Shown in pieces: positions 41,117 through 50,776 of a stretch of 64,000 nt of DNA. Where the stretch lies: positions 23,309 to 87,308 of the forward strand of contig JBGAKN010000004.1 in assembly GCA_044224405.1 (NCBI GenBank), read 5' to 3'. Within the stretch, counting starts at the first letter, position 1. Each line of letters starts with the position of its first letter. The DNA is from Tagaea sp. GTDB taxonomy: Bacteria > Pseudomonadota > Alphaproteobacteria > CACIAM-22H2. A program made the position numbers and the translations under genes. The notes beneath the pieces were generated by a model that was not told the DNA's origin, ran no database searches, and saw nothing but the letters and a program-made list of their open reading frames with translations.

Positions 41117-42010
41117 TCACCGCTTCAGCTTCGGGTCGAGCGCGTCGCGCAACCCGTCGCCCAGAAGGTTGAAGGCCAGCACCGCGATCAGGATGGCGAG
41201 GCCGGGCAGCGTGACGACCCACCAGGCGCGCAGCACGAACTCGCGCGCGTCGGCCAGCATCGTGCCCCATTCGGGCGACGGCGGCTGAGCGCCAAGGCCG
41301 AGGAACCCCAGTGCCGCCGCATCGAGGATCGCGGTGGAGACGCCGAGCGAAGCCTGCACGATCAGCGGCGCGGCGCAGTTCGGCAGCACCACGACGAACA
41401 TGAGGCGCAGCGTGCGGGCACCCACGGTGCGCGAGGCGGTGACGTAATCCTTGGGCAGTTCGCTGATGACCGTCGCGCGCGTGATGCGCACGTAGTGCGG
41501 CAGCACGACGACGGTGACGGCGAGCATCGCGTTCATCAGGCCGGGCCCGAGGATCGCGACGATGGAGAGTGCCAGCAGCAGGCTCGGCAGCGTCAGGATG
41601 ATGTCCATCAGCCGCATAATCGCGAAATCGACGACGCCGCGCGCGAACGCGGCGACGAGGCCGAGCGCGATCCCCAGCACCAGCGAGATCGCGACGACGG
41701 CGATGCCGATCGACAGCGACAGGCGCGCGCCATGGATCAGGCGCGACAGCATGTCCCGGCCGATCGCGTCCGTGCCCAACGGATAGGCGAGGCTGCCGCC
41801 CGCCTGCCAGAACGGCGGCTTCAGGAACGCCGTGCTGTCGGTGAGATAGGGCGAATGGGGTGCGATCACGTCGGCGAAGATCGCGACGAAAATCAGGAAC
41901 GCGATGACGACCAGTCCCGCGACGGCGCCGTGATTCGCGCTGAAGCTCTGCCAGAACTCGCGCAGCGGATGCGGCGGGGCCTTTTTCGTCGCGGATGCGG
42001 AAGCGCTCAT
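41117..42010 (-). CDS. dppC: Dipeptide ABC permease DppC
   Basis: [40 protein letters not shown]. Confidence 0.93.
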   Translation of the reverse strand: MSASASATKKAPPHPLREFWQSFSANHGAVAGLVVIAFLIFVAIFADVIAPHSPYLTDSTAFLKPPFWQAGGSLAYPLGTDAIGRDMLSRLIHGARLSLSIGIAVVAISLVLGIALGLVAAFARGVVDFAIMRLMDIILTLPSLLLALSIVAILGPGLMNAMLAVTVVVLPHYVRITRATVISELPKDYVTASRTVGARTLRLMFVVVLPNCAAPLIVQASLGVSTAILDAAALGFLGLGAQPPSPEWGTMLADAREFVLRAWWVVTLPGLAILIAVLAFNLLGDGLRDALDPKLKR

Positions 42011-43032
42011 TTCCCGCCTCCCGAACGCGCGTGCCGGATGCGCGGATTGATGAGGCCGTAGAGGAGGTCGACGATGATGTTGACGCTCATCACCAGCGTG
42101 CCGATCAGGAGCGCCCCGCCCTGAATCACCGGATAGTCGCGCCGGTTGATCGCCTCGACCAGCCATTTGCCCACGCCGGGCCAGGAGAAGATCGTCTCGG
42201 TCAGGATGGCGCCCGTGAACAGCGTGCCCACCTGCAGGCCGATGACCGTCACGACCGGGATCAGCGCGTTGCGCAGCGCGTGCAGCCCGATAATCCGGAA
42301 AGGCGACAGGCCCTTGGCACGCGCGGTGCGGATATAGTCCTCGCCGAGCACTTCCAGCATCGCCGAGCGCGTCATGCGCGCGATCACGGCAAGCGGCACG
42401 GTGCCCAGCACGATGGTGGGAAGGATCAGGTGCGAGACGGCGGAAGCGAAAGCGCCCTTGTCGTCCGACAGCAGGGAGTCGATCAGCAGGAAGCCGGTCG
42501 TCGGCTGGATATAGAACATGACGGAGATGCGGCCCGAGACCGGCGTGAGGCCAAGCTGGACCGAGAAAAGCAGGATGAGGAGCAGGCCCCACCAGAAGAT
42601 CGGCATCGAATAGCCGGTAAGGCTGATGCCCATGATGCCGTGATCGAAGATCGAGTTCCGCCGCACAGCCGCGATGATGCCGGCCGGCAGGCCGAGGCCG
42701 ATGGCGAAGACCACCGCACAGAAACCGAGCTCGATCGTCGCAGGAAAGAGAGCCAGGAATTCGGAGATGACCGGTTCGTGCGTGATCGCCGACTTGCCGA
42801 GATCGCCCTGCAGCACGCGGCCGATATAGATCGCGTACTGGACGATGACAGGCTTGTCGAAGCCGTAGGCCACGCGAAGCTGTTCGTGGCGCACCGGATC
42901 GATGCCGCGCTCGCCCGCAAGGGTTTCGATCGGATCGCCCGGAATGAGGCGGATGAGAAGGAAGACCATCAGCGTGACCCCGAGGAAGGTCGGGATCAGG
43001 AGGCTGACGCGGGTCAGGATGAAACGGAACAT
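42007..43032 (-). CDS. dppB: Dipeptide ABC permease DppB
   Basis: [44 protein letters not shown]. Confidence 0.94.
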   Translation of the reverse strand: MFRFILTRVSLLIPTFLGVTLMVFLLIRLIPGDPIETLAGERGIDPVRHEQLRVAYGFDKPVIVQYAIYIGRVLQGDLGKSAITHEPVISEFLALFPATIELGFCAVVFAIGLGLPAGIIAAVRRNSIFDHGIMGISLTGYSMPIFWWGLLLILLFSVQLGLTPVSGRISVMFYIQPTTGFLLIDSLLSDDKGAFASAVSHLILPTIVLGTVPLAVIARMTRSAMLEVLGEDYIRTARAKGLSPFRIIGLHALRNALIPVVTVIGLQVGTLFTGAILTETIFSWPGVGKWLVEAINRRDYPVIQGGALLIGTLVMSVNIIVDLLYGLINPRIRHARSGGGK

Positions 43033-43063
43033 CGGCCCGCCGGTATGCTGTCAAAGAGACCGT

Positions 43064-43103
43064 GCCCGCCCCCTGCCCGCCTTGAGGGCGGGAGGGAACG
43101 GGC
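43064..43103 (-). terminator. GC-rich stem-loop between dppA and dppB (attenuator or mRNA stabiliser)
   Basis: Nested stem GCCCG..CCCT.CCCGCC-TTGAG-GGCGGG-AGGG..CGGGC. Confidence 0.55.
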
Positions 43104-43114
43104 GACAGGCCGGT

Positions 43115-44716
43115 TTACTTGATGTCGACGCCGTAGAACGTGTGACGGCCGAACGGCGACAGCTTGAAGTCGATGACTTCCTTGCGCACGGGCTTGTACT
43201 GGATCGAGTGCGCGACGACGAACCAGGGGGCTTCCTCGTGGAAGATCACCTGGGCCTTCTTGTAGAGATCCGAGCGCTTACCGACGTCGGACACGCGCTT
43301 GGCCTGGAGCGTCAGGTCCTCGAACTCCTTGTTGCACCACTTGGCGATGTTGGAACCGCCCGGCTTCGCGGCTTCGCAGCCGAGAAGGACCTGGAGGAAG
43401 TTGTCCGGATCGCCATTGTCGCCCGTCCAGCCGAGCTGGGCGGTCAGGTGCTCGCCCTGCTGGGCGCGCTTGCGGTACTCGCCCCACTCGTACGAGACGA
43501 TGTTGGCCTTCACGCCCAGTTTGGCGAGATCGGCCTGCATCAGCTCGGCGATGCGGCGGGCGTTGGGGTTGTACGGGCGCTGCACGGGCATCGCCCACAG
43601 GTCCGTCTCGAAGCCGTTGGGATAGCCCGCGGCGGCGAGGAGCTTCTTGGCGCCCTCGACATCATAGGGATAGTCCTTGATGTCGGTGTTGTACGACCAG
43701 ATGGTCGGCGGGATCGGGTTGGTCGCCGGCGTACCGGACCCGAGGAACACCGCGTCGACGATCGCCTTCTTGTTGATGCCCATGTTGAGGGCCTGGCGGA
43801 CGCGCTTGTCGTCGAACGGCTTCTTCTGCGTGTTGTAGGCGAGGTAGCCCACGTTCAGGCCGGGCTGTTCCAGCACCTGCACGTTGGGATCCTTGCGCAT
43901 CGCCTCCAGATCGGCGGGCGCCGGGTACGGCATGACGTGGCACTCACCCTTCTGGAGCTTCGCCCAGCGCACGGCGGCGTCCGGCGTGATCGAGAAGATG
44001 AGGTCGTCGATCTTCGCGCGACCGCCGTAATACTGGTCGAACGCGCGGTAGCGGATCAGCGAGTCCTTGACGTACTGGACGAGGAAGAACGGGCCCGTGC
44101 CGACCGGGTCCTGGTCGACGCGCTCGGGCGTGCCGGCCTTCAGCATCGCGTCGGCATATTCCTTGGAGATGATGCCGGCATATTCCATCGCGAAGTCCGA
44201 CAGGAACGGCGCTTCGGGCGCGTTGAGCGTGATGCGCACCGTGTAGTCGTCGACCTTCTCCACGCTCTTCAGCAACTTGGGCATGCCCATGTCCATGAAG
44301 TAGCTGTGGTTCTCGGAGGTCACCTTGTAATAGGGGTTCTCCGGCTTCCACTGGCGCTCGATCGAGAAGATGATGTCGTCGGCGTTGAAGTCGCGCGTCG
44401 GCTTGTAGTTGGCCTTGTTGCTGTGCCACTTCACGCCGCGGCGCAGGTTGAACGTATAGACGAGGCCATCGGGCGAAATCGTCCAGCTCTGCGCGAGGCC
44501 GGGAACGACGTTCGTCGTGCCGCGCTCGAAGTCGACGAGACGGCTGTAGATCTGGCTGTTGGCATCGAACGAGGTGCCGGTCGTGTTGATGGCCGGATAG
44601 AAATTCTCCGGGCTGCCCTCGGAGCAATAGACGAGCGTCTTGGCCTGCGCCGACGCTGCGGTGACGGCAAGCGCCAGCGCGGTCGCGGCGGCGAGCCGTT
44701 CGATGCGGAATTTCAT
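43115..44716 (-). CDS. dppA: Dipeptide ABC substrate-binding protein DppA
   Basis: KTLVYCSEGSPE, WAMPVQRPYNPNA, GWTGDNGDPDNF; GGGAG RBS. Confidence 0.96.
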   Translation of the reverse strand: MKFRIERLAAATALALAVTAASAQAKTLVYCSEGSPENFYPAINTTGTSFDANSQIYSRLVDFERGTTNVVPGLAQSWTISPDGLVYTFNLRRGVKWHSNKANYKPTRDFNADDIIFSIERQWKPENPYYKVTSENHSYFMDMGMPKLLKSVEKVDDYTVRITLNAPEAPFLSDFAMEYAGIISKEYADAMLKAGTPERVDQDPVGTGPFFLVQYVKDSLIRYRAFDQYYGGRAKIDDLIFSITPDAAVRWAKLQKGECHVMPYPAPADLEAMRKDPNVQVLEQPGLNVGYLAYNTQKKPFDDKRVRQALNMGINKKAIVDAVFLGSGTPATNPIPPTIWSYNTDIKDYPYDVEGAKKLLAAAGYPNGFETDLWAMPVQRPYNPNARRIAELMQADLAKLGVKANIVSYEWGEYRKRAQQGEHLTAQLGWTGDNGDPDNFLQVLLGCEAAKPGGSNIAKWCNKEFEDLTLQAKRVSDVGKRSDLYKKAQVIFHEEAPWFVVAHSIQYKPVRKEVIDFKLSPFGRHTFYGVDIK

Positions 44717-44859
44717 GTGACTCCCTTTCTTATGGCTGGCACGCACGGCAAATGCCGGGATGCCATATCGGGGGATGTTAGGGCGTGGCCTCAGGCCCGT
44801 CAAACATCTGATCGTTAAGGAAGATCGGCTATTTTTTGTTGACATCGCGCTTCGTCACA

Positions 44860-44875
44860 TGGCTTGGAACTTGCT
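44860..44875 (+). promoter_or_regulatory. Candidate sigma54 promoter
   Basis: TGGCTTGGAACTTGCT = TGG-N10-GCT with the TTGC -12 element. Confidence 0.45.
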
Positions 44876-44915
44876 TTGATGCAGCCCTTCGCAGCCGCAC
44901 GCAGGACGGGTTGAA

Positions 44916-45065
44916 ATGCCGGAATCCGCCACTCTTTCGATCCCGGTCGAATCCTTTAAAGCCGACGGCGCGCGGCCCATCCATACGCAGGTCATCGACC
45001 GCCGCAAGACGATGGGCGTGGAATTCGCGGTGACCGGCACCGAGAGCTTCGCCGTTACGGGCTGA
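44916..45065 (+). CDS. Possible small protein or gene remnant (49 aa)
   Basis: MPESATLSIPVESFKADGARPIHTQVIDRRKTMGVEFAVTGTESFAVTG; AGGA upstream; lies downstream of the sigma54-like motif. Confidence 0.3.
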   Translation: MPESATLSIPVESFKADGARPIHTQVIDRRKTMGVEFAVTGTESFAVTG

Positions 45066-46347
45066 GCGGTATCCCCGCCCCGGCCGCAAGGTCGAGGAAC
45101 GTGTAGCGGTTGCGGATCAGGCGCGCCCGGCTGACCGCGCGCGCATAGAAATCCGCGGGCCACCCCAGATCCTTCGACGTCAGCGGCGCACCGGCGCGGC
45201 GCAACGTCGCCTCCAGTTCCGCCGCCGGGCGGATGACGCCGCCGATTTCGGCACGGATGGCGTTCCAGTTCGCCTCGAGCACGCCGTTGATCGCGTCGGC
45301 CTTCGTCCGGTCGACGCGCTTCTTGGCGAAATCCGCCCAGCACTCGCCGCCCAGATCGTTCCCGAACACGTCGATCACCGCCGCGCGGTCGACCGGATCG
45401 ATCGCCACGCGCGGCGCCTTCTCGGCAAGCACGCGCTCCTGCAGGCGCGCCATCGTCAGCGTGGCGACACCGACCTGCTCGCCGTGGAAGGCGGCCGGCC
45501 ATGCGGGATCGCCGAGCATGTCGGCGAAATGGCTGATCAGATGCTCGCCCTGGCTCGCCGGATGGCTGCTGCCGAGGATCGCCGTGCCGAAGCCCGAAAG
45601 CAGCAACGTGCGCACCAGCCGTTCCATCGCCGAAAGGTCGCCCTTCATCAGCGCGGCCGATTCCGCGAAAAGCGGCCCCTCGTCGTCGGCCAGCAGCACG
45701 AACGGCATTTTCCGGTACGGCTGCCCGAACAGGCGGTGCGCCAGCAGCCAGTCCGCCTGCGCGGTCGACCGGCAGAGACTGTCGCCGAGCCCCGAGCGGA
45801 TCATGCGTGCCGGTGCCGCCGCCATCACGCCGAGATCGAGAAAGGCCGCAAGGGGAGCACGCGCGGGCAGCGATTTCTTGTGCCCGTGGATCGTGATCGC
45901 GGCGTTCTCGGACACGTAGCCGTTCATCGACGGCGCGGTTCCGAAGACGACATAGGGCTTGCCCGTGTTCGCCGCGGAATACTTGCAGATGTCGTTGATC
46001 GTGCCCGAGCCGACCGCGACGATGGCGTCGGCCGATGCGGTGGCTGCCGTCACATGCGCGACCGACGCCTCGTCGGCATGCGGATGTTCGCCGAGCACGA
46101 CGCTGGAGACGAACCAGCGCCCGGCGAGCGCGCGCTCGACGGAAGATCCAAGGACCCAGTGCGTCGTCGGATCGCTGACGACGGCGATCTTGCGCCCGAG
46201 CGGCAGTCCGTCGAGGCAATTGCCGAGATCGCCAGACAGAGATGGCGCCATCAGCACGCGCTCGGTCGCGACCTTCAGGTTCGGGCCACCATCCGGATCG
46301 GCATAGGTTCCGGCCAGAATTCGCGCGATCGCGTCACTTTTCGTCAT
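45055..46347 (-). CDS. sn-glycerol-1-phosphate dehydrogenase family protein (AraM/EgsA-like)
   Basis: AVGSGTINDICKY, TAPSMNGY, SGLGD...ADW, PASQGEHLISH, HGEQVG; start could be 46356. Confidence 0.85.
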   Translation of the reverse strand: MTKSDAIARILAGTYADPDGGPNLKVATERVLMAPSLSGDLGNCLDGLPLGRKIAVVSDPTTHWVLGSSVERALAGRWFVSSVVLGEHPHADEASVAHVTAATASADAIVAVGSGTINDICKYSAANTGKPYVVFGTAPSMNGYVSENAAITIHGHKKSLPARAPLAAFLDLGVMAAAPARMIRSGLGDSLCRSTAQADWLLAHRLFGQPYRKMPFVLLADDEGPLFAESAALMKGDLSAMERLVRTLLLSGFGTAILGSSHPASQGEHLISHFADMLGDPAWPAAFHGEQVGVATLTMARLQERVLAEKAPRVAIDPVDRAAVIDVFGNDLGGECWADFAKKRVDRTKADAINGVLEANWNAIRAEIGGVIRPAAELEATLRRAGAPLTSKDLGWPADFYARAVSRARLIRNRYTFLDLAAGAGIPLSP

Positions 46348-46407
46348 GTCGTCCATCCGGCCGGAATATCCAAAAGCCGCATAAGCTAGCGTCTGCAATC
46401 GATCAAT

Positions 46408-46439
46408 ATCAATCATAATCTTGAATAATAGTGATTGAT
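46408..46439. promoter_or_regulatory. Inverted repeat, candidate DeoR operator
   Basis: ATCAATCA-N16-TGATTGAT plus several AATC repeats in the AT-rich divergent spacer. Confidence 0.5.
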
Positions 46440-46468
46440 TTTACGACTCTGGCCATTAATATGCTTGC

Positions 46469-47317
46469 ATGAGTAAGGAAACCTTCCCAAGCGATAAAAT
46501 GGCGGCGGAACCGGGCGCCCGGCGAAATCCGATCGCGCGCCGTGCCGTTCTGCGCCGGGAACTCGCCGCCCGCGGCACTGTCTCGGTCGCCGAACTCAGC
46601 GACGTTCTGGGTGCTTCGAGCGCCACGATCCGGCGCGACCTCGATGCCCTCGCACGCGAAGGTGCCGTCGTTCGCGCCTATGGCGGTGCCGCCGCGCGCA
46701 CGTCCCGCCCGGCCGAAGAAGCATTCGCGATCCGCGAGATGAAATACGTGGCCGAGAAGCGCGCGGTCGCCCGCGCAGCCATGGAGCTGATCAAGTCCGG
46801 CGACACGGTCTTCATGAACGACGGCTCGACGCTGCTGACCCTCGCCCGCGAGCTCGCGGCGACGGATATCGAGCTGTTCGTCGTCGTGCCGGCCGTGAAC
46901 GTCGCCCACGTGCTGATCGAGAACCCGAAGATCACTGTCTGTCTTCTCGGCGGGTTCGTGCGCCGCACGTCGCTCGCGACCGGCGGGCCGTTCGCCGAAA
47001 CGATGCTCGAGCAGTTCAATGCCGACATCGCCCTGCTCTCCTCCGACGCGTTCAGCGTCGAGGAAGGCATGAGCTACACCAATGCCGACGACGCGCAGCT
47101 CGCGCGCAAGATGGCCGCACGCGCCAAGCAGTGCGCCGCGCTGCTGACCAGCCACAAGCTCGGCTGGAACTCGCGCATGTCGGGCGTGCCGACGGCCGAG
47201 ATCGACATCCTCGTCACCGACGCGATCGCCGGCGACCTGGCCGAAGGCCTCGAACAGGCGGGCGTATCGACGATCGAAGCCTCCGTCGATCCTGCCGACC
47301 GGACCGAGGCCGAGTAG
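46469..47317 (+). CDS. DeoR/GlpR-family regulator
   Basis: ASSATIRRDLDAL, RAYGGA, EKRAVA, FMNDGST, DILVTD. Confidence 0.93.
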   Translation: MSKETFPSDKMAAEPGARRNPIARRAVLRRELAARGTVSVAELSDVLGASSATIRRDLDALAREGAVVRAYGGAAARTSRPAEEAFAIREMKYVAEKRAVARAAMELIKSGDTVFMNDGSTLLTLARELAATDIELFVVVPAVNVAHVLIENPKITVCLLGGFVRRTSLATGGPFAETMLEQFNADIALLSSDAFSVEEGMSYTNADDAQLARKMAARAKQCAALLTSHKLGWNSRMSGVPTAEIDILVTDAIAGDLAEGLEQAGVSTIEASVDPADRTEAE

Positions 47318-47321
47318 CGCC

Positions 47322-48155
47322 GTGAGCGATGCGTCCAGCGCCGTCGCGCGGCTTGCAGCGCTTCCGATCTGGCCGGGCACGCCCCGGATCGTGCCGATTC
47401 CGGGCGGACGGACGAACGAGAATTTCCGCGTCGATGCCGGCGGGCGCACCTTTTTCGCGCGCATCTGCGTCGATCTTCCGCATCACGGCGTCAGCCGGAA
47501 AAACGAGATCCGCTGCATCGAACTGGCCGCCGCCGCCGGGATCTCACCGCCCGTGCTTCATTCGGGCGACGGCATACTCGTCACCGGGTTCTTCACCGGG
47601 CGCACGCTGGCGCACGACGAGCCGGTCGAGGATGCGATCCTCCTGAGCCTCGCGAAAGCGCTGCGCCAGGTCGCCGACCGGCCCGCCCCGGCCGACCTGG
47701 CACCGTTCGACCCGATCGAGGTCTGCCGCGGCTATATCGCCGCCCTTCCAGCAGACGCGATTCCGCCGGCCCGCCGCGCGCGCGCCGACGCGATCATCGC
47801 CGCGGCACCCGTCCTGTCGGCCGCGTCGCTGATCCATGCCGATCTCATCCCCGAGAACGTCCTCGTCGCGCCGGACGGGATCGCGATCGTCGACTGGGAA
47901 TATGCCGGGCGCGGTGACCCGGCCGTGGATATCGGTGCCGTCGTCGTCAATTTCAGCCTCGACGCGCGCCAGGCGAAGCTTTTCATCGACGCGTTCGGCA
48001 CGGCAGACCCGGAGAAAGTGCGCAGGCTCGCGCCGCTGATGGCGCTTCGCGAGGCGCTGTGGTGCGAAACGCAGCGCCATTTCGTCGGCGTGCGCGGCGA
48101 CCTCGAATCCTATTCCGAGCTGTGCTGGCGGCGCGTCGACGGCTTCTCGCCATGA
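47322..48155 (+). CDS. Choline/ethanolamine-kinase-like (APH-fold) phosphotransferase
   Basis: GGRTNENF, HADLIPEN, VDWEYAG. Confidence 0.87.
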   Translation: MSDASSAVARLAALPIWPGTPRIVPIPGGRTNENFRVDAGGRTFFARICVDLPHHGVSRKNEIRCIELAAAAGISPPVLHSGDGILVTGFFTGRTLAHDEPVEDAILLSLAKALRQVADRPAPADLAPFDPIEVCRGYIAALPADAIPPARRARADAIIAAAPVLSAASLIHADLIPENVLVAPDGIAIVDWEYAGRGDPAVDIGAVVVNFSLDARQAKLFIDAFGTADPEKVRRLAPLMALREALWCETQRHFVGVRGDLESYSELCWRRVDGFSP

Positions 48156-49531
48156 CCGCGCGCTACGACATCGCCATCGTCGGCGCAGGCGTCGTCGGCT
48201 GCGCCATCGCGCGCGAGATGTCGCGCTATGCGCTGCGCACGGTTCTCATCGAGGCGCGCAGCGATCTGGGCGACGGTGCCAGCAAGGGAAATTCCGCGAT
48301 CCTTTCGACCGGCGCCGACACGCCGTTCGGCACGCTCGAATGCCGCCTCGTCACGCGCGGGCACGAACGCTATCTCGCCGAAGCGCCCGCGATGGGCCTG
48401 CCCTTCCTCGCGACCGGCAGCCTGACCGTCGCGTGGAACGCGGACGAACTGCAGCGTCTGAAGAAGATGCAGGACGAAACGCTCGCCGCCGGCTTCACGA
48501 CCGGCAAACTCGTCGGCAGCGACGAGATATATGCGCGTGCACCCCGTCTTGCGCCCGGCGCGCTCGCGGCGATCTGGGAACACGAGGAGGGGATCGTCGA
48601 TCCCTTCTCCACGCCCTATGCCTACGCGCTCGATGCCGTGACCAACGGCGTCGAGTATCGCAGCCACAGCCCGGTGACGGGCGCGGTGCGCGCGGACGGG
48701 TTGTGGCGGCTCGAGACGCCCGATGGTCCTATCGCCGCGACGGCCGTCGTCAACTGCGCCGGCCTGTGGGCCGACCGCGTGGAGAAGCTCGCCGGCTACG
48801 CCGATTTCGTGTCCAAGCCGCGCCGCGGCCAGTTCATCGTGTTCGACAAGAGCGCGCGAGCGCTGCTCGACACGATCATCAAGCCCGTGCCTTCGCCAAA
48901 CTATCGCGGCGTGCTGATGACGCCGACGGTCTTCGGCAACATCCTCGTCGGGCCGACCGCCGAGGAGATCGACGACCCCGATGACTGGCGCGTGACGGCC
49001 GAAGGGCTGGCGGCGCTGAAAGCGGCAGCCTACCGGATCCTGCCCGATCTCGCCGGGCACGAGATCACCGCGACCTATTGCGGCGTGCGGCCGGGAACAG
49101 ACAGGCCGGAATACCGCATCATCCCGCGCAACGCGGACAAGTGGCTGACCGTCGGCGGCATCCGATCGACGGGCCTCTCCGGCGCGCTCGGCATCGCCGA
49201 GCACGTCGCCGACATCCTGCTCGCCGACATGGTGCGTGCACCCCGCAAGCCGAGCGTCACGCCCGTGCGCGTGCCCAGCCTGTGCGCGGGCGACGCGCGC
49301 CCGTGGCAGGCCGCGGGGGTCACCGACAAAGCGGACCGCGAGATCGTCTGCCATTGCGAGGGCACGACGCTGGGCGAGATCCGTGCCGCGATGGCATCGC
49401 CCCTGCCACCCCGCTCGCTCAAGGCGCTGAAGCGCCGGACGCGCGCGATGTTCGGCCGGTGCCAGGCGTTCCATTGCGGGGCGCGCGTGCAGGCGATCTT
49501 CGAAGCACTGGGCGAAGGGCGCGAAGCATGA
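48152..49531 (+). CDS. GlpA/LhgO-like FAD oxidoreductase with C-terminal BFD-like [2Fe-2S] domain
   Basis: IVGAGVVG, ASKGNSAI, PRRGQF, GNILVGPTA, CHCE...RCQAFHC. Confidence 0.88.
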   Translation: MTARYDIAIVGAGVVGCAIAREMSRYALRTVLIEARSDLGDGASKGNSAILSTGADTPFGTLECRLVTRGHERYLAEAPAMGLPFLATGSLTVAWNADELQRLKKMQDETLAAGFTTGKLVGSDEIYARAPRLAPGALAAIWEHEEGIVDPFSTPYAYALDAVTNGVEYRSHSPVTGAVRADGLWRLETPDGPIAATAVVNCAGLWADRVEKLAGYADFVSKPRRGQFIVFDKSARALLDTIIKPVPSPNYRGVLMTPTVFGNILVGPTAEEIDDPDDWRVTAEGLAALKAAAYRILPDLAGHEITATYCGVRPGTDRPEYRIIPRNADKWLTVGGIRSTGLSGALGIAEHVADILLADMVRAPRKPSVTPVRVPSLCAGDARPWQAAGVTDKADREIVCHCEGTTLGEIRAAMASPLPPRSLKALKRRTRAMFGRCQAFHCGARVQAIFEALGEGREA

Positions 49532-50757
49532 CGCGCCTCGATGCCGCCGTTGTGGTCGTGGGCGCCGGCCCTGCGGGACTTGCGGCCGCGCGCGCGCTTG
49601 CGGAAAGCGGCGTGCCCTCGGTGCTGGTCGTTGATCGCGACGATGCGCCCGGCGGCCTGCCGCGGTTCTGCAGCCATCCGGGTTTCGGCTGGGAATACTC
49701 GCATCGCTTCGAAACCGGGCCCCGTTTCGCGCGCCGGCTCGTCGACGCGCTTGACCCGGCCGTCGTCGCGATCGCGACGCGCACGTCCGTCGTCGCCGTC
49801 CGGCCGGGACCGGAGATCGACATCGTCGGTCCCGACAGCGGCCACATGCGCCTGCGTCCGCGCGCCGTGGTGCTGGCGACCGGCATCCGCGAACGGCCGC
49901 GAAGTGCACGCCTCGTTCCCGGCAAGCGGCCCGAGCGCGGCGTGATGACGACCGGCCAGCTCCAGCAGTTCGTCGCGCGCGGAATCCCGCACGGCGGCAC
50001 GCGTGCCGTCGTCGTCGGCACCGAACACGTTTCCTTCTCGATCCTGCTCACCGCCCGGCACGCGGGCCTGAAGGTCGTCGCGATGCTGGGGGCGGAAGAC
50101 CGCATCCTGTCGTACCGGCCGGCCGGCTGGTTCGCGCGCGCGATGGGCGTGCCCGTCCACCTGTCGGCGAGCGTCGAAGACATCGCGGGCACGAAGCGCG
50201 TCGAGGCCGTGACGTTCCGCGACGCCGCCGGCGCGCACACGCTCGCGTGCGACACCGTCGTCTTCTCCGGCGATTTCATCCCCGACGCGGCACTGCTTCT
50301 GGGCAGCGGCATCGAGATCGACCCGGGCACGTCCGGTCCCGCCATCGACCAGCACGGGCGCACGAGCGTGCCCGGAATCTTCGCGGCCGGGAACCTGCTG
50401 CGCGCGGTCGAGAGCAGCGGCTGGGCGGCGAAGGAAGGGGCCTGCGTCGGCGCGAACGTCGCGGCGTATCTCGCAAGGCCCGGCGAATGGCGCATCGACG
50501 CCACGCGCATCCGCGCGGGCGCCGGCCTCGACTACGCCGTTCCGCAGGTCTGGGCGCCGACGCCGGGAATGGCCGCCCTGCCCGCGAGCCTGCGCGCCAG
50601 CGGCGACGCGCGCGGCGCGCACCTCAGCCTCGCGCAGGCCGGCGCCGAGATATGGGCTGGCGGATCGACGGATTTCCTGCGCCAGCGGCGCATCGCGATG
50701 GACGAATCGGCATTCGGAAAACTGGGCGAAGGCGACGCGACGATCGCCGTGCGCTGA
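49528..50757 (+). CDS. NAD(P)/FAD-dependent oxidoreductase (pyridine nucleotide-disulfide fold)
   Basis: VGAGPAGLAAA, GGLPRFCSHPGFG, LATGIRER, TSVPGIFAAGN. Confidence 0.88.
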   Translation: MTRLDAAVVVVGAGPAGLAAARALAESGVPSVLVVDRDDAPGGLPRFCSHPGFGWEYSHRFETGPRFARRLVDALDPAVVAIATRTSVVAVRPGPEIDIVGPDSGHMRLRPRAVVLATGIRERPRSARLVPGKRPERGVMTTGQLQQFVARGIPHGGTRAVVVGTEHVSFSILLTARHAGLKVVAMLGAEDRILSYRPAGWFARAMGVPVHLSASVEDIAGTKRVEAVTFRDAAGAHTLACDTVVFSGDFIPDAALLLGSGIEIDPGTSGPAIDQHGRTSVPGIFAAGNLLRAVESSGWAAKEGACVGANVAAYLARPGEWRIDATRIRAGAGLDYAVPQVWAPTPGMAALPASLRASGDARGAHLSLAQAGAEIWAGGSTDFLRQRRIAMDESAFGKLGEGDATIAVR

Positions 50758-50776
50758 AACACGACAAGGAGCGACC

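Noticed and set aside
44742-44758. Sigma54 promoter for dppA (minus strand CCGGCATTTGCCGTGCG)
   Set aside because: GG-N10-GC spacing fits but flanking matches are weak and the leader would be only about 15 nt; too uncertain to list as a feature.
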